From assembly GCA_904063045.1 (NCBI GenBank), contig CAJFCJ010000045.1, positions 32,906 to 96,905 of the forward strand: 64,000 nt of DNA, in the 5' to 3' direction. The position numbers and the translations under genes are program-made. The stretch is from Dimorphilus gyrociliatus. Lineage: Eukaryota; Animalia; Annelida. Shown in pieces: positions 1 through 13,325 of this stretch. The notes under the pieces were generated by a model. That model saw only the letters and a list, made by a program, of their open reading frames with translations, searched no databases and had not been told where the DNA came from. Position 1 is the first letter of the stretch, and each line of letters begins with the position of its first letter.

Positions 1-55
1 TACCGATAGTTTTGTCCTGTCTTTTCTTTGCAATACGGACACAACTTTAGACTTT

Positions 56-3000
56 ATGGCCGAGACGGCGCAGACTATTAAAGAGAATATAAAAGAGACG
101 CTAACCCTTTTTAATCCATGCATTCTTACAAATGGTTTAAATCACGGTCTATCTGAATATATTGGAAATCTGATTGATCAGATGTGTTGTATAGGTATAG
201 TATATAAATCGGAAAATTCACAAACCGGATATATAACTACGAATGAAATAGAAGACGTTAAACCGCACTTGAATCCTAAACATAATTGTTTTCTCTTTGT
301 AAAAGCTTCAATACATGAAGAATTAGAAGAAAATGGTATAGACACATTCATAACTAAAGGAAATTCTAGAGAATGCGTTTCGCTAATACTAGGCGGAGAT
401 TTCAATACACTAAAAGAAATTGTCAAGAGAATACAGAGTAAGACAAGAGTTGTTGTTATCGCTAATTCGGGTCATTTAGCCGAATATATATCTATAAGAC
501 AAGAAAATCGAAGAGAAGATAACAACAACTTTTATAAAGGTTTGAGTAAATCTGAAAAGACGGATTGCGATAAATATATTGAATTTATATTGAAATCTGA
601 ATGGTTAAAAGTTGTTCGATTAGAGAAGAAAGACGATTTGAAAAATGCACTACAATCGTTCGTTTATAACGGTAAAATTAAATTCGACGATGGATGCGAA
701 GGTTCCTATCATAAACTTAAGGGAAACTCTGATATACTTAGAGTTTGTAAGCAATTGTTTGCCGAACAATCTCTTAGGAATACGAATTTACTTATAACGT
801 TCAACAACAGTTGGGAGAATGACGATCTAAGTAGGGAATTTCTGTATAACTTTGAAGAGGCTTTCTATATTGTACTCAAAGATTATTCACCTTTAATCTT
901 GACCGACGGACTACCCAGCGGAATAACTAATATCGTTGTTAAAACGTTAAAGTTAATTGGTGAAAAAAGAATTGAATGCTACGGCATTTTACCATTATCT
1001 ATTGGAAACGATTGGAATGAACCGGAAGTTCAATTGAATTTTAAAAATAGGCGTTTATGCAATTATCATAGACGCTTTTTCGCCTCAACAGACGATAAAG
1101 TTCGGAATATTGAAACTAAATTGCAACTTTGCGAACAGATAAGAAGAGAGTATAGACAGATAAAACCGACCGTGTTGTTATCTATACTTTTTGTAATTGG
1201 CGGTAAACTATTCGACGCCATAACAGACGTTTTTACAGCGTCTTTGCGTCGAGAAGAACACAAGATATTTATATTTAAAAATTCTGGAAAATCTTCAACA
1301 TTCCTCGTAAAATTCTACGAAAGAACGAAAAACCTACAAGAAATCTATAGTCGACGCGAAGAATGGATAAAAGAGTTGAAAGGTGCCGGCATTGAAGACT
1401 CCCAATTGGATACATCCTGGAATAACCTGGTTGACATTCACAAGAAACTAGAAGATATTTATACAATCAACTTGATTTCTACAACCGAAAACGAACTAAC
1501 ATTAGCAATCAACGGTATTAATCCGTCAATTAATGAAGATAGGGAAGATTCATTGGAAGAAGCGTTAATCAACGATAACGTTAATCATTTAAAAAAACTA
1601 CATAACAACGATCAGACGATTATTGAGACAATCTACGTGGACGATCTACTACATTCGTTGTACTACGAAAGGGAGAAATCCGAATTTCTATCCGAAATAT
1701 TAAGGCATTTCTTACAGTTTCTTTCAACTCCAAACAAAGATATTATTACGGATTCTATCAAAGAAGAAATTACAAATATATCTAGATTATTTCAAGACGA
1801 TAGCGAAATATTATCGCTAATTGACAATTATCATTCGGCCAAGAAAGAATTCTCGCAATTACTATCGACCATAGAAGATGAACGATCCCAAAAAAAGAAG
1901 AGAAAGGAGAAGGGAAGCGCTTACGAATTGAAAAGATTTCAACCTAAAGGACTATTGAGTAAGCGTTGTATTGATAAGCTAAAAAGACTTTTAAAGGTAT
2001 TACTATCGCCTAAATGCAAAGAACATTACAGATCGGGAATTCATATAGTTGTACATAATGTTAAAACTATACTAGAAATAAACCAAAACCTTTATAAGTG
2101 CAGTTTCTTCAAAGCTTTTAAACTAGTCGCCAAACAGTATAATTCAGATTTTGATTTGTACGAAAATAGCTTTCTGGATTGGAAATGCTCGAAGAAAAGA
2201 TGGATTTTTCTATGGGCAATCGTTAGCGATAAAGCCAAAGTTGCAGATTATTTTTGGGTTAAGGGAGAAAGTTCGATAAGATACGCACTCTTTGCAGTTG
2301 GAATTTTAAAATGTTCTTTAAATACTGAAAATGATATTGTACTCTCAACGGAAATGTCTAAAAGACAAGATCTATGGGAGAGGAGAGCTTGCGGAAATCT
2401 GGAACATTGTTACGCGTTAAACAGTTCAAAAGGATTTGAAGTTAGCGCTACAAAATCGAAAGAATGGGAAAATAAAAATATGCTCCAACTGGCTAGATCC
2501 GTTGAATCGTTAACATTTTTTGAAAATCCTCTCTGCCAAAGATACTTGAATAATAAATGGAAAGGGAGAAGAATATTCCTATCGGCAAGATTAAAGTTTA
2601 CTATCTATTCGGTAAGTAATTTAATCAGCCTACATCCATTGTATTTCCAGTTTACAGTTGACCACTTTTAAACAGTCTTTCTACATTTTCTTTGTCATGT
2701 TATTCTCCTACTTTTACCTTATCGACCTGAAACCTTTGGAGAATGGCTCTCTGCCATTAAGCGAAAAAATCACCTACGCTTGGTTTCTCTATATTCTAAT
2801 CGAAGAAATCATTCAAGTTTAGTTATTAAAGTCAAGACGATATTGCGCAATAATCAATGTTTTTTTTTTGTTTTTTTGCTTTTTTCCAGTTTATACAAAC
2901 GGATTCGCCGGGGTTTGTTCATAAATCTCTAGACTATTTCAAAGGCTTTTGGAATATATACGATTGTATAATGTATTGTCTATTTATAATATCGTTTATA

Positions 3001-3786
3001 TTAAGATTTTGTATTGGCGAGGACCTATTTGAATTAACCAGAAGTTTCTTTTGCGTAACGGTGGCGTTGTTCTATATCAGATGTCTGCAATTTTTACTTG
3101 CATTCGAAAGATTTGGGCCAAAGATTATCATGATTTTTAAAATGATTATGGACTCTTTTAATATTCTACCTATATTTCTTGTTGCTTTATTATCGTTCGG
3201 AGTACCGATTCTAGGACTTTTATATCCTAATTCTCCGTTTAACTTTTGGATTATTAAAGATATTATGTTTATTCCATATTGGCAAATCTACGGAGAATTA
3301 TTCTTAGAAGAGATTGAAGGAAGTAGCGAACAAGTGTGCAATTCACCGGTTAACAGCAGTGGCCGTTGTCCAAGGAAAACAATACTAGCAATCGTTATTA
3401 CTGGAGTATACGTGTTTATAACAAACATGATTCTTGTTAATTTACTTATCGCCATGTTTTCTAGCACTTATGATACAATTCAACAGAAAGCCGGAATGTA
3501 TTATCGATATAGAAATTACGATCTTATCAATGAATTCTATAAGAGAGAGTTTCTCTTCACAATTCCAATCAATTTATTATTACCCTATTGGATTCCTTGC
3601 CATTCCAACAACAACAACAATATAAAGGAGATCAATGATAACGACAACGACGATTATGATAAAGCTTTTAGCGGTGGTAAACGTGTCAATCATGAAGAAT
3701 TCCGCGGTTTATTGAGATATTTGAATAGGAATGAACAGGATATAATTAAGAATGTCATTGACTCCGAAGATCAAAGGAGAGCGTGA
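56..3786 (+). CDS. TRPM: TRPM-family cation channel, spliced (exons approx. 51-2611, approx. 2676-2817, approx. 2890-3786); 5' end probably lies upstream of the window
   Basis: N-terminal SLOG/MHR-like segments and a pre-S1 region (IFLWAI...ALFA...W.G). After a GTAAGT donor at 2612 an unlisted exon reads SFYIFFVMLFSYFYL...WFLYILIEEIIQ (S1-S2). The last exon has FWNIYD, an S4-S5 linker FGPKIIMIFKM, pore PYWQIYGELF, S6 NLLIAMFSSTY and a TRP-box-like YRNYDLINEFY. A polypyrimidine tract plus AG at 49-50 suggests an acceptor before the first ATG. Confidence 0.9.
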
Positions 3787-5867
3787 AGCATCATTTTCAT
3801 TCAATTTCTTTCTTTTAACACTCAGAGTTAACCGTGCAGTATTGCGGTATTGCGGTATTGCTGTATGTCACAATAATCTAAACTAAACTACGCAAGCCTT
3901 TTTTCACGTAGCGAATACTTATCTTGAATTATTATCGAAAACTAATCTAATTTACTATATGTGATGTCCACAACGTATAAAAAAATAAATATAGATGCAG
4001 ACGACCTAACTTTCAATGCTTGTGAACGGCTCTACTCGAAGTATGTCTGTTAAAACTTTACAGGAGAGTTCAATGGACGTTTTAAGTGAAATTTCAAAGA
4101 AATATTCAATGTCTATACCTTTTTCAATTGGACAAGATGTTTTCAATCTGCTCAGCGAAAACAATCATCTATTCTCAACTAACGAATTGGAATTTTTCAA
4201 CACATACTATCATCGAAATAAATAACATTTCATTCAAAGAGGTCAACTTCAAAAATATAGACAATTTCAACTTTTTAAACAATCATCCAATAAAACAATT
4301 GACTTTACATAATTTCTATTCAATTTATAATTTACCTTTATTCAATTCTATTGAAAAATTGGAATTCTACAACTGCAATGTTAATTATAAAGAATTAAAT
4401 TATTTAGGTCATTTATTAACAAATTGCCATTGTTTAACTACAATAATTATTACGAAAATGAAAAGTATGGCTAATGGATTAAGAAAATCTTGTTTAAATC
4501 TTTTAAAGATTAAGATTTCCGATTGTGAATTGGCTGGCTAATCTATTTGAACAGTGCAATTCGTTACAAGACATTGAATTGTCTTATGATAAATCAATTG
4601 GTAATAGATTTTCATTAATCTGCAATGGATTAAGTTCTAGCAGCGAAACTCTTCGAAGAATTGATTTTTCCCATTGTTCCCTAACTCGAGATTCGGGTAA
4701 ATTTACAAGAAATCAACATCCAATCGAACGCAGCATTTCGTAGTGAATTTCAAAATATTTGCATTGGACTGAATTCATCGTCTAATTCTCTTTCGAAAGT
4801 TGACTCTTCATTTTGTTATCTACTAGAAGATCAAGCCTATTGGTTAGGTTCACCATTCAAAAGTTGTAAATTCTTACAAGAAGTTGATTTGCAGTCGAAT
4901 AAATACTGCAACGACAGTTTTCAAACTATAACAAACGGTTTGAAATCTTCGTCTGCTAATCTTGTAAAACTCAATTTGGCTGATTGCAATCTAACCGAAA
5001 AACAAAGCTATTGGTTAGGTTCGCTTTTAGAGTATTGTCGATTCCTGGAGGAGATCGATCTTCGAATGAACAAGCAATGGTCTAATGGATTTGAAATGAT
5101 ATGCAATGGCTTAAAATCTTCAGCTCATCGTCTTCTGAAAATCCAACTCGATCATTGCGATATTAGGGAAAAGAAAACTTATTGGTTAGGCTTGCTTTTA
5201 AGCGAATGTAGAATATTGCAAGAAATCTCTCTTCAACTCAATCATTCATAAGGTATTGACTTTGAAAAGGTCTGTATTGGTTTAAAATCTGCATCGGAAA
5301 CACTTTTAAAAATAGACCTGTCATACTGCAATTTGACACAACAGCAAATTTATTGGTTGAGTTTACTTTTCAAAGAGTGTACTTCGTTAAAAGAAATCCT
5401 TTATATATGCAAAGAGACTAGCGCCAACACGTTAGATTCTATGATTAACGGATTAAAATCATCGTCAAATACACTGTCAGTATTAGACTTTTCGTTTTGT
5501 TCGCTGATTGAAGATGACTATTTACGCTTCGCTTCTTTGCTTGAAGAGTGCAGCCGCTTACAAGTGGTCAATTTAAATAATAATAGCCTTCGTTATAATA
5601 GAAGCATTAACGCAGTCTTTTTAGCATTGAAATCCTCCTCTAAATCTCTTCTAAGAATAGACATTTCTTTCAATACGCTAACAAAACAAGAAAGCTATTC
5701 CCTAGGTAATCATTTGAAAGAATGCCACTCATTGAAGAGTTTCAACATTAAGGGTAATACTGCAATCGATGAAGGATGGGAGGCAATCTGCGACGGATTA
5801 AAATCTACGGCCAACACACTAATGGAAAGATAAAATTCTTTTAAAAATTTTTTTTACTTTCTAGTAA

Positions 5868-5887
5868 TTAGGTTAGGGTTAGGTTAG
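5868..5887 (+). repeat. Short interstitial telomere-like repeat (TTAGG/TTAGGG)
   Basis: ttaggttagggttaggttag at the insertion junction. Confidence 0.75.
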
Positions 5888-6180
5888 TAATAGACTTATC
5901 ATTCAAATTGATATCTAGCACTTGATTTGGAGAGAGAGTGTTACTATTCATAGCTCCTCCAGATTTCAAGCTTACCGTTCCACGTTGATTGTGTAATTTG
6001 TACATGGCGAAATTCGAAATTCGCAATGTTTTTGATCTCAAATTTGTTGATCCTAGGTCCATTTCATTTATTGATATCGGAGTTTGGGTTGCTACCAAAT
6101 TAATAAATATTTGTAAGAAGAGTAAACTTAGCAGCTTCTTCATTGTCTTGTGTTTATAATTTTACGAAAGAGACTCTTCG
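5868..6180 (-). pseudogene. 5' fragment of a paralog of the secreted lamin-tail-like gene at 13326-14668, inserted in inverted orientation in the LRR pseudogene
   Basis: MKKLLSLLFLQIF and the upstream UTR are nearly identical in DNA to 14635-14705. INEMDLGS aligns with INEVDTGS. The frame ends in TTAGG/TTAGGG repeats. Confidence 0.85.
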
Positions 6181-7064
6181 ACTTGACTGGTAATATCGCT
6201 TTCGACGATGGATTTGAAAGTATATGTAATGGATTAAAGTCTTCATCCGATAATCTTTCAAAAGTAGACCTTAACATGCGTCATCTCTACAAAGAGCAAA
6301 GCCGTTGGTTAGCTTCACTCTTTCAACAGTGTAAATCGTTAAAAGAGATTCATTTTGAAGGGAATGATCATTGCGGAATTGAATTTGAGAAGATCTGCAC
6401 TAGTTTAAAATCATCTGCAAATACACGGTTCATAATAAATGTAATTTCTTGCAATCTAACTAAAAAGCAATGCCGTTATTTAGGTTCCTTTTTAAAAGAA
6501 TGTAAATCTATACAACTGATATATTGGAACAAATTACTGATAGACGAATACACAAAGGATTAGGCCAATCGTCAAATACTGTACAAAATATTAGAGTTGC
6601 AAATTATCGTTCATGCGGGAAGCAGACTTTCTTAATCAATTCGTTTAAGATGAAGCCAAATTGATTTTCTCGTCAGTAATTCAAGATTAAATTCTATTAT
6701 TCAAATACTTAAAACAGGGTTTAGATTAGCTAAATTAACGGTAATTCTTTCGTATTTCTCTAGCGTTTTTGCAACACAAAGACCATTTCGCTCGACTAGA
6801 GATATTTCTTTTCTCAATTCAAACACAACACTTCTCTCATCCCTGACTTAACACCACTCTTCCAACAGTTAAAATTACTTTATTATCGTCGTTATCTATA
6901 AAAATGATTAGTATTATAGATACCAATAGAATTTCTTTTTTATTGTTTTCAATCAACTCTTTATGAACTATAACAACAAGTTGGTGAATTATCCTATCGG
7001 ATTATAGGCTAAAGAAATCAAGTCTACTGACGCTTACGTTGTGCTTTATAACTCTTTGGTAAAG

Positions 7065-7221
7065 TTATCTCCAAGGCCGCGTATAAAAAGCATACAAGTA
7101 CATGGACTTGGTATCGTTACATAAGAGTTTAATGACTAAAAAAATAGCTTTTAGCCTATTCAACTGTTGATAATTAACGTAGAAAATTAGTATAAAAGGA
7201 GGTTGGTTGCTTCAAATCAGT
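7065..7221 (+). promoter_or_regulatory. Vitellogenin core and proximal promoter: GATA site, NR5A/Ftz-F1-type site, bZIP-type site, TATA box, initiator
   Basis: TTATCT 7065-7070; CCAAGGCCG 7071-7079 (fits YCAAGGYCR); GTTACATAAG 7116-7125; TATAAAAG 7191-7198; TCAGT 7217-7221 with its A 28 nt from the TATA start; ATG at 7247. Confidence 0.7.
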
Positions 7222-7246
7222 ACGAAGCAGTGTTTGAGGCACAATC

Positions 7247-10200
7247 ATGAAGCAGTCGGCACTTTGGCTTTTAGTTTCTTTGGCATTTACTGGTAAGTAA
7301 CATACAACTCTTGTATATTCCATATTCAATCAAACTCTTGAATTTTGCAGCTGCAATCGACTTTTCAACCCTTCCCGAAATTTCTTATAGAGGAAAAACT
7401 TTAACATCCAACGATAGACTTGTCTACAAGTATGAAAATGATATTTTGAACGGAATTAATGGCGTATCTAAACACTATGCTGGATTAAAGATCAGAGCTA
7501 ACTTGGTTATTGAAATGGAATCTGATTTGGGAGTCAGATGCCAATTGCAAAATGTTCAACTTTTGGGTGTTAAACGTATGGAATTACCCACTCCATTCGA
7601 TCAACCAATCAGAGGTGAAATGACTCCTTTGACCAACGTTGACGAATTGATTGAACAACTTGAATTGGCTTTTGGAGCTAAATTCACTGAAGAGAGAATC
7701 GTCTCTGGCCAAATCTATTGTCACAAACAAGATACCGAATGGTCCAGAAATGTAAAGAGATCCATCATCTCTACCCTCCAAATCAACGTTCCACAATACA
7801 AACTCAAGGAAAATCAACTAGTCAACTTTGAAGAACGCGATGTCATCGGAACTTGTGAAAGTACCGTTGTTGTCTCCAGAGTCAACCCTGAAGATGAAAC
7901 CGAACTCGCTTTGACCAAGATCCGCAATTTCAACAACTGCCGCAACGCCGAAGTCGCTCCAATCTACCAATACTCTTTGTCTGGTGTTTCCATGTGCAAT
8001 GATCTCCCAGAAAAAAGCTTGGAATGCAAATACCAAGTCGTTCCATCCAACAGAGTTGAATACAGACTCCGCAAAGTTGGCGGAAACTCCAAATGGGAAC
8101 ACATGTTCACAGCCGTTCAACAAAAGACCGTCTACTTCTTACCATTGACCCAACAAACTACCACCACAATGGCCATCTACGGTCTTCAAAGATTCACATT
8201 GGCAACTATCCAATCCGAATTGAACAGAGAAACCGCAGTTCCAGAATTGGACGGAAGTACTTACAAACGTTACAATATCGAATTTGAAGTAAACGAAAAA
8301 CAATTGCTCCCAGAGCAAATTGTTAAGGAAGTTGAACTTTCCGAAAGAGAACAAGAACAATTAGTTAGAAGAATCGTTTCCGAAATTAACAGCCTCCACC
8401 AACACATTAAAGTCGGATCTGAAGATGTTAAACAACAATTGGAAAAGACTGTTGGATTAATCAGAAAATGCACTCCACAAATCTTAACCAAAATCTACAA
8501 ACAACTTTCTGAACAAGAAAAACAAGTTATTTTCACCGATTTGCTTCCAACTTGCGCAACTCCAGAATGCGTTCAAGTTGTTCTTGATGCCATCAAAAAC
8601 GAAAGAGTACCACTCATTAAGGCAATCAGCTACGTCAAGATGATCGCTTTGAACGCTCAACCAAACAAGAGAATCATCAAATACATCATGGTAAGTAGAT
8701 TTAAACAACTCGTGTTCATTTTCGTTTCAATACTAATTTTCTCTCTCTCTCTCTCTCTCTCTCTTTATTCATCTATTAGACTCTTGGACAAAATGTTGAA
8801 AAGAAGAGCCTTAAGAGACCATTGATCCTTGCTGTCGGTACATTGACCAACAGACTTCTCCAAGTTTACCAAGTTGCTGGAAAGGAAGATAAGATCGTCG
8901 GATTTGTTGAAGAAATTCAAGAATCTTTGATCAGAATTGTCAAGAACCAAATGAGAGATGTTGAACTTTGCAAATGTGCTTTGAAGGCTCTTGGAAACAT
9001 GAAATGTCAAGAAAACAAATACTACGAAATCCTTAAACTTATACAGAACACTGACGTCCCAAGAGAATTGAGAGTCGAAGCCGTCGAAGCTTTAAGAAAG
9101 ACTGTTTCAGTAAAGCGAGTTGAAAAAGTTCTCCTCCAAATCTTCCTTAACACCAACGAACATGTTGAATTGAGAATGTACGCCGTACAAAGATTGATCG
9201 ATCAACAATGTAGACTTGAAACTCTCCAAGTTATCGTTCAACACCTCCAGAACGAAGCAAACTTGAACTTGCAATCTTTTACTTATTCTCTCTTAAAGGC
9301 TATCTCCGAAATCGAAACTCCATCTCCAGTCTACTACAAATTCGTCGAAAAGCTAAGACTCTTGATGATCACCAACAGACTCCCAACTTTCTCTCCAAAA
9401 TACTCTCATACATTGAAGGCCTGGAATCTCGATCTAGAATCCAAGACTGGAGTATACGCCTACTTGCAATATACCTACAGTAGAGTTTCCCAAGTTGTCC
9501 CAACATGGCTTAGACTTAAAACTTTCACTTCAACCATGGGCCACTACACCAGACTTTTGGAAGTCACCATGAAAATTCAAGGAATGAACCAATATACTGA
9601 AAAATTCCTCGGCAGAAATATCAACATGATCCCAAAACTATTTAGCGAAGATATCTCTCTTGAAAAGATTACTCAACTCTTTACCGATGAAGAAATGAGA
9701 ATGCCCAAACAATTCTTCAACTTTTTCACCCAAAACAAACATACTTACAACTCCATGGATGTTGAAGAAGAAACCGGATTAGAACTAAATGTTCGTCTTT
9801 TTGACTACGATCTCATGTTCGCCGATTTCGAATGTCTTAAGGAAGTTGTTATGGATACCGTTGAAAAAATCATGTCTACCACCGTCAGAGGATCTCCTTT
9901 GGAACAAGTTAAGCAATTGGCTGAAAAACTCCACCGAGGAATTCAAATTCAAACCACCAACATCTATGCTTCTGTAAACGCAATGACTTTGGTCCCAACT
10001 CCCACTGGATTCGGTGCTGCATGGAACAAAACTGTCGCCTGGATCAACCACCTCAACGGAAAGATCCAAGTTCAAGCTAGACCATCCCTCAAGGAATGCA
10101 TCGAAGAAATGAGACTACCCCAAAAGATCGTCATCAAGACTGGCGAAAAAACTTTCCAACAAAGAACCATCACCTTTTTCAGAAGCAAATTGGTTAGCAT

Positions 10201-12343
10201 GATCCCACAATTGTCCCAAGGAGTCATGTACGAAGGATTCGTCAGTACTTCTCTCCCCGTCAAAGGTGAATTACAACTTGTCAATGGAAACAACAAGGAT
10301 GTCTGGATGATCCAAGGACTATACAAACCATCCACCGAATATAGACCAACCGTTGTTTCATACATCAGACCAGTCGCTTTTGTCGAATACCCAGAACACG
10401 AGCACCTAACTCCTCTCCTATCTAAGATGACCACTGAACCATACACCATTGAAAAGTTTATCGAATTACCATACGTTGCCAAGAACTTGAAGGTTCAAAT
10501 CCAATCTTGCATTAGAAAGACCCCAGTTTCCTCCCTCGTACCTTTCGCTTGCCCAAATAAGGTTGAACTCGTTTTGGAACCAGTTGTACCAACACCAGTT
10601 CGATTCAGTTTGGAATTTAGACCACTCCAAGCTATCCAAAGACCAGAATCTGAAGTTTACGAAACCTTGAGAAAGGCTTTGTTCGGTGAAGAAGAAGTCA
10701 AATACGCTTTGGAAGATAATGAATCCCGTATCTCTTACATTTTCGGAAAAGGCAGCGAAGGAAGAGTCGTCTACAAGAACTCTCTTAGATTGAGAATCAT
10801 CCATGACACCACCACCGATCTCTCTATGGCTGAACCAAAGACTGATTGCACTTTCCATTGGGTCTTTACTCCCGAATTTACTCAACACCAATTTGCTTTG
10901 TTGATGAAACAATCTGTCCTTCCTGAATTGTATGTCAAGGGACATTTGATCGTTCCATCTCTCTGCTTGAACAGAGTATGCGAAGGACAAGAATTTGCTG
11001 GACTCACCACCTTCTTGAACAGACGACGTGTATCCATGATTAAATTGTTTGTTGATGATAATGAAAAGATCAATGAACAACTCGGAATCCGAAACGAAAG
11101 ATGTTTCAACAAGCAAACTCAATCCTTGAAGAAAATTCTTCCCCAAACCATCCGTATGCAAATCAAGACCAGCCCAGTTGTATTGCAATTCGTACCCGAA
11201 GGTCTCATTAACACTTTGGTTGTTGCTCAACAAACCCTCCTCCAAGGTCTCAGAAAAGTTTCTGATGTATCTTTAAGATATCTTCCATCTCTTCCAATTA
11301 CCGAAACTGAAATGTACATGAAGATATGCCCCGCTTTGGGCAAAGTTGACGTTGTTGCCAACTTAATGAAACACTCCATCAGAATCGTTAACATCCCAGT
11401 TTTCCGATTCTTGGCTCCTCAAGCTCTTCCCGTTCCAGTTAACGCACAACAACAACTCATTCATCAAACCTTCCCCGCTGGTCTTTCTAGATCCGTCTGT
11501 GTTAAGACAAGCAAATTTGTTCAGACTTTTGAAAATGTTGAATACCATACCAACGAAGAAACCGAATGCGAATCCGTCTTGGCCAAGGATTGCCGTCGCG
11601 CACCGAAATGGATGATCACCTCTAAGGTACTTTCTAATGCTCACCAACAAATCAATGCTTACTTTGGCAACCAACAAACACTTGAACTTATTCCAAGCAC
11701 CTGGGGAGAACTTCCAGAGGTTAGAATCAACGGTGAAGTTAAGGAAATTGAAGAATTCTCTACTCTTCGAATCCCAGCCAAATATAATCCAACTTTTATC
11801 ACCTGCACCAGAGACGGAAGACAAATTGTCTGCGAATGCGAAACTCTTGGATGGAAGATTGTTAGCGACAGTTACAAAGTCAAGGTAACTGTTGCCCCAG
11901 AAATCAGAAACTACGTTTGCGGTCAATGCGGTAACGATGATGGAGTTGTCGATACTAAAACACTCATCTCTCACACCATCGCCTCCAGTTCAAGATGCAG
12001 AATCGAACGCAAACCACTCAGAGAGTGTCAACCAATCTACAAACACAAAGTTAAAGAACAATCTTACCCAAGAGGACCAAGCAAGGTCTGTATCTCCGTC
12101 CTCGCCTTCCCAGAATGCTCCGCCAACTGTCAAGTATTGAAGAAATTCTCCAAAGGCAAATTACAACCAGTTAAATACTACTGTATGGATAAAGAATACG
12201 CCGTCAAGAAGGGATACTTACCAGAATATTTCGAAGGTGAAAGCATTGAATCTGTAGGAGATTTGGAAATGGACAACAGCTTTGAAGTTATGACTGAAAA
12301 GCTCTTGGACGTTGTCGATACCTGCAAGGTTAGAGAATGGTAA
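7247..12343 (+). CDS. Vg: Vitellogenin / large lipid transfer protein, 3 exons (7247-7292, 7351-8690, 8780-12343), about 1649 aa
   Basis: Signal peptide MKQSALWLLVSLAFTAA. GT-AG introns 7293-7350 and 8691-8779 keep the frame. Vitellogenin_N beta-barrel and helical region (YKYE..ILNG, NVKRSIISTLQ, ALKALGN, ELRVEAVEALR, E.NLNLQSFTYS), a DUF1943-like region and a C-terminal VWD (QTFENVEY...CESVLAKDC...CGQCGNDDG). Strong codon bias. Confidence 0.92.
8741..8764 (+). repeat. (CT)n microsatellite in vitellogenin intron 2
   Basis: Direct reading. Other simple repeats occur near 15150, 23647, 27210, 30825, 33200, 35577, 39280, 42008 and 56042. Confidence 0.9.
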
Positions 12344-12680
12344 ATGATGATAAATCATTTAATCGGAAATGTATAATGAACACTAAATCACTTTTATTAA
12401 ATTTCAATTGTATTCCTAATCCAAAAAGATTTTGAATGCTGTTCAAGTTTAATGGGAATATAAAACATAAATTTGGCATTAAAAAAACACACCAAAAAAA
12501 TTAATTTTTTTTTTTGCTTAAATGTACTTAGATTATTAATTTTAATTTATTCAAAAATAAAACATTCAATTTAATTGAAATCAAAAGGCTTGTATCTTTT
12601 GTTCTACTTTTAATAAATACAATCATTAACCAATTAAAATGATTCAATTAGGTCAAACCACTTTAACACATTGTAAACGC

Positions 12681-13152
12681 TAGCCGGAACTTTTCAAAGT
12701 TAATGTTGTCTCAAAAGAAGTGATCAACGAAAAATCATTGCATTTTTAGTGCATGACAACGCAAGACCACCTACAAGTCTCTATACAGCAGACTTTATAA
12801 GAGATGAAGGTGGTCACTACTCACCCATCATACAGCCCTCATTTGACTATTATCTCTTTGGGAGATTGAAGGACCATATCAGAGGGGTCCACTTTGAAAA
12901 TTTGGAAGAAATTGAGTAAAGATATCAAAGATTTTCTATGGATAAAAACAATCCTCCCTCATGAGAACAGTATCGATCTACTTCCAAGCAAATGGCTGCC
13001 GTGCATAGAGAAAGGAGGGGACCATTAAAAAATAGAATTGTTAACATTTTTAAAGTAGGACTATAGGTCATAACATAAACAAAAAATAAATAAAATTGCT
13101 TAAAGATTTCTCACAAAAAATACAGAGTTTGAAATATTTCGATCCTGGCTAA
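12681..13152 (+). mobile_element. Internally deleted mariner (Tc1/mariner) remnant
   Basis: Reads HDNARP at 12752, then HPSYSPHL..DYYLFGRLKDHIRGVHFENLEE and IDLLPSKW..CIEKGGD, matching the mariner motifs HDNARPH, HPPYSPDLAPSDY and LPERW. Degenerate inverted ends TAGCC...TTTCAAA at 12681 and TTTGAAA...GGCTA near 13128-13152. Confidence 0.8.
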
Positions 13153-13325
13153 TATATTAGATTCTTATTCAATCATCTACAATAGAAATCAGTTAACTTT
13201 TCATTTGTTTCTTTACTGAATTGTATTACTAGTACAAAATCAGCATAAATGTAAAGTATGTTCATATTAAACTGATCTACTTTGAGACTAACTATAATGT
13301 GCTATAATAGGAACATATTCTGCCA

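Larger units (their letters stand above)
4016..6563 (+). pseudogene. RNI-like leucine-rich-repeat protein with N-terminal BC/Cul2-box-like motif; multiple frameshifts and an internal inverted insertion
   Basis: Consecutive ORFs in different frames repeat the unit LxxIDLxxCxLTxxQxxWLGxLLxxCxxLQEIDLxxN...GFExICNGLKSS. Frame breaks occur near 4200, 4525, 4710-4890 and 5250 without convincing introns. The gene is interrupted at about 5846-6180. It shares FL(N/K)NHPI with the 15604 ORF. Confidence 0.8.

Noticed and set aside
7584-12140. Numerous antisense and alternate-frame ORFs over vitellogenin (up to 259 aa)
   Set aside because: Expected shadows of strong codon bias in a highly expressed gene; no motifs.
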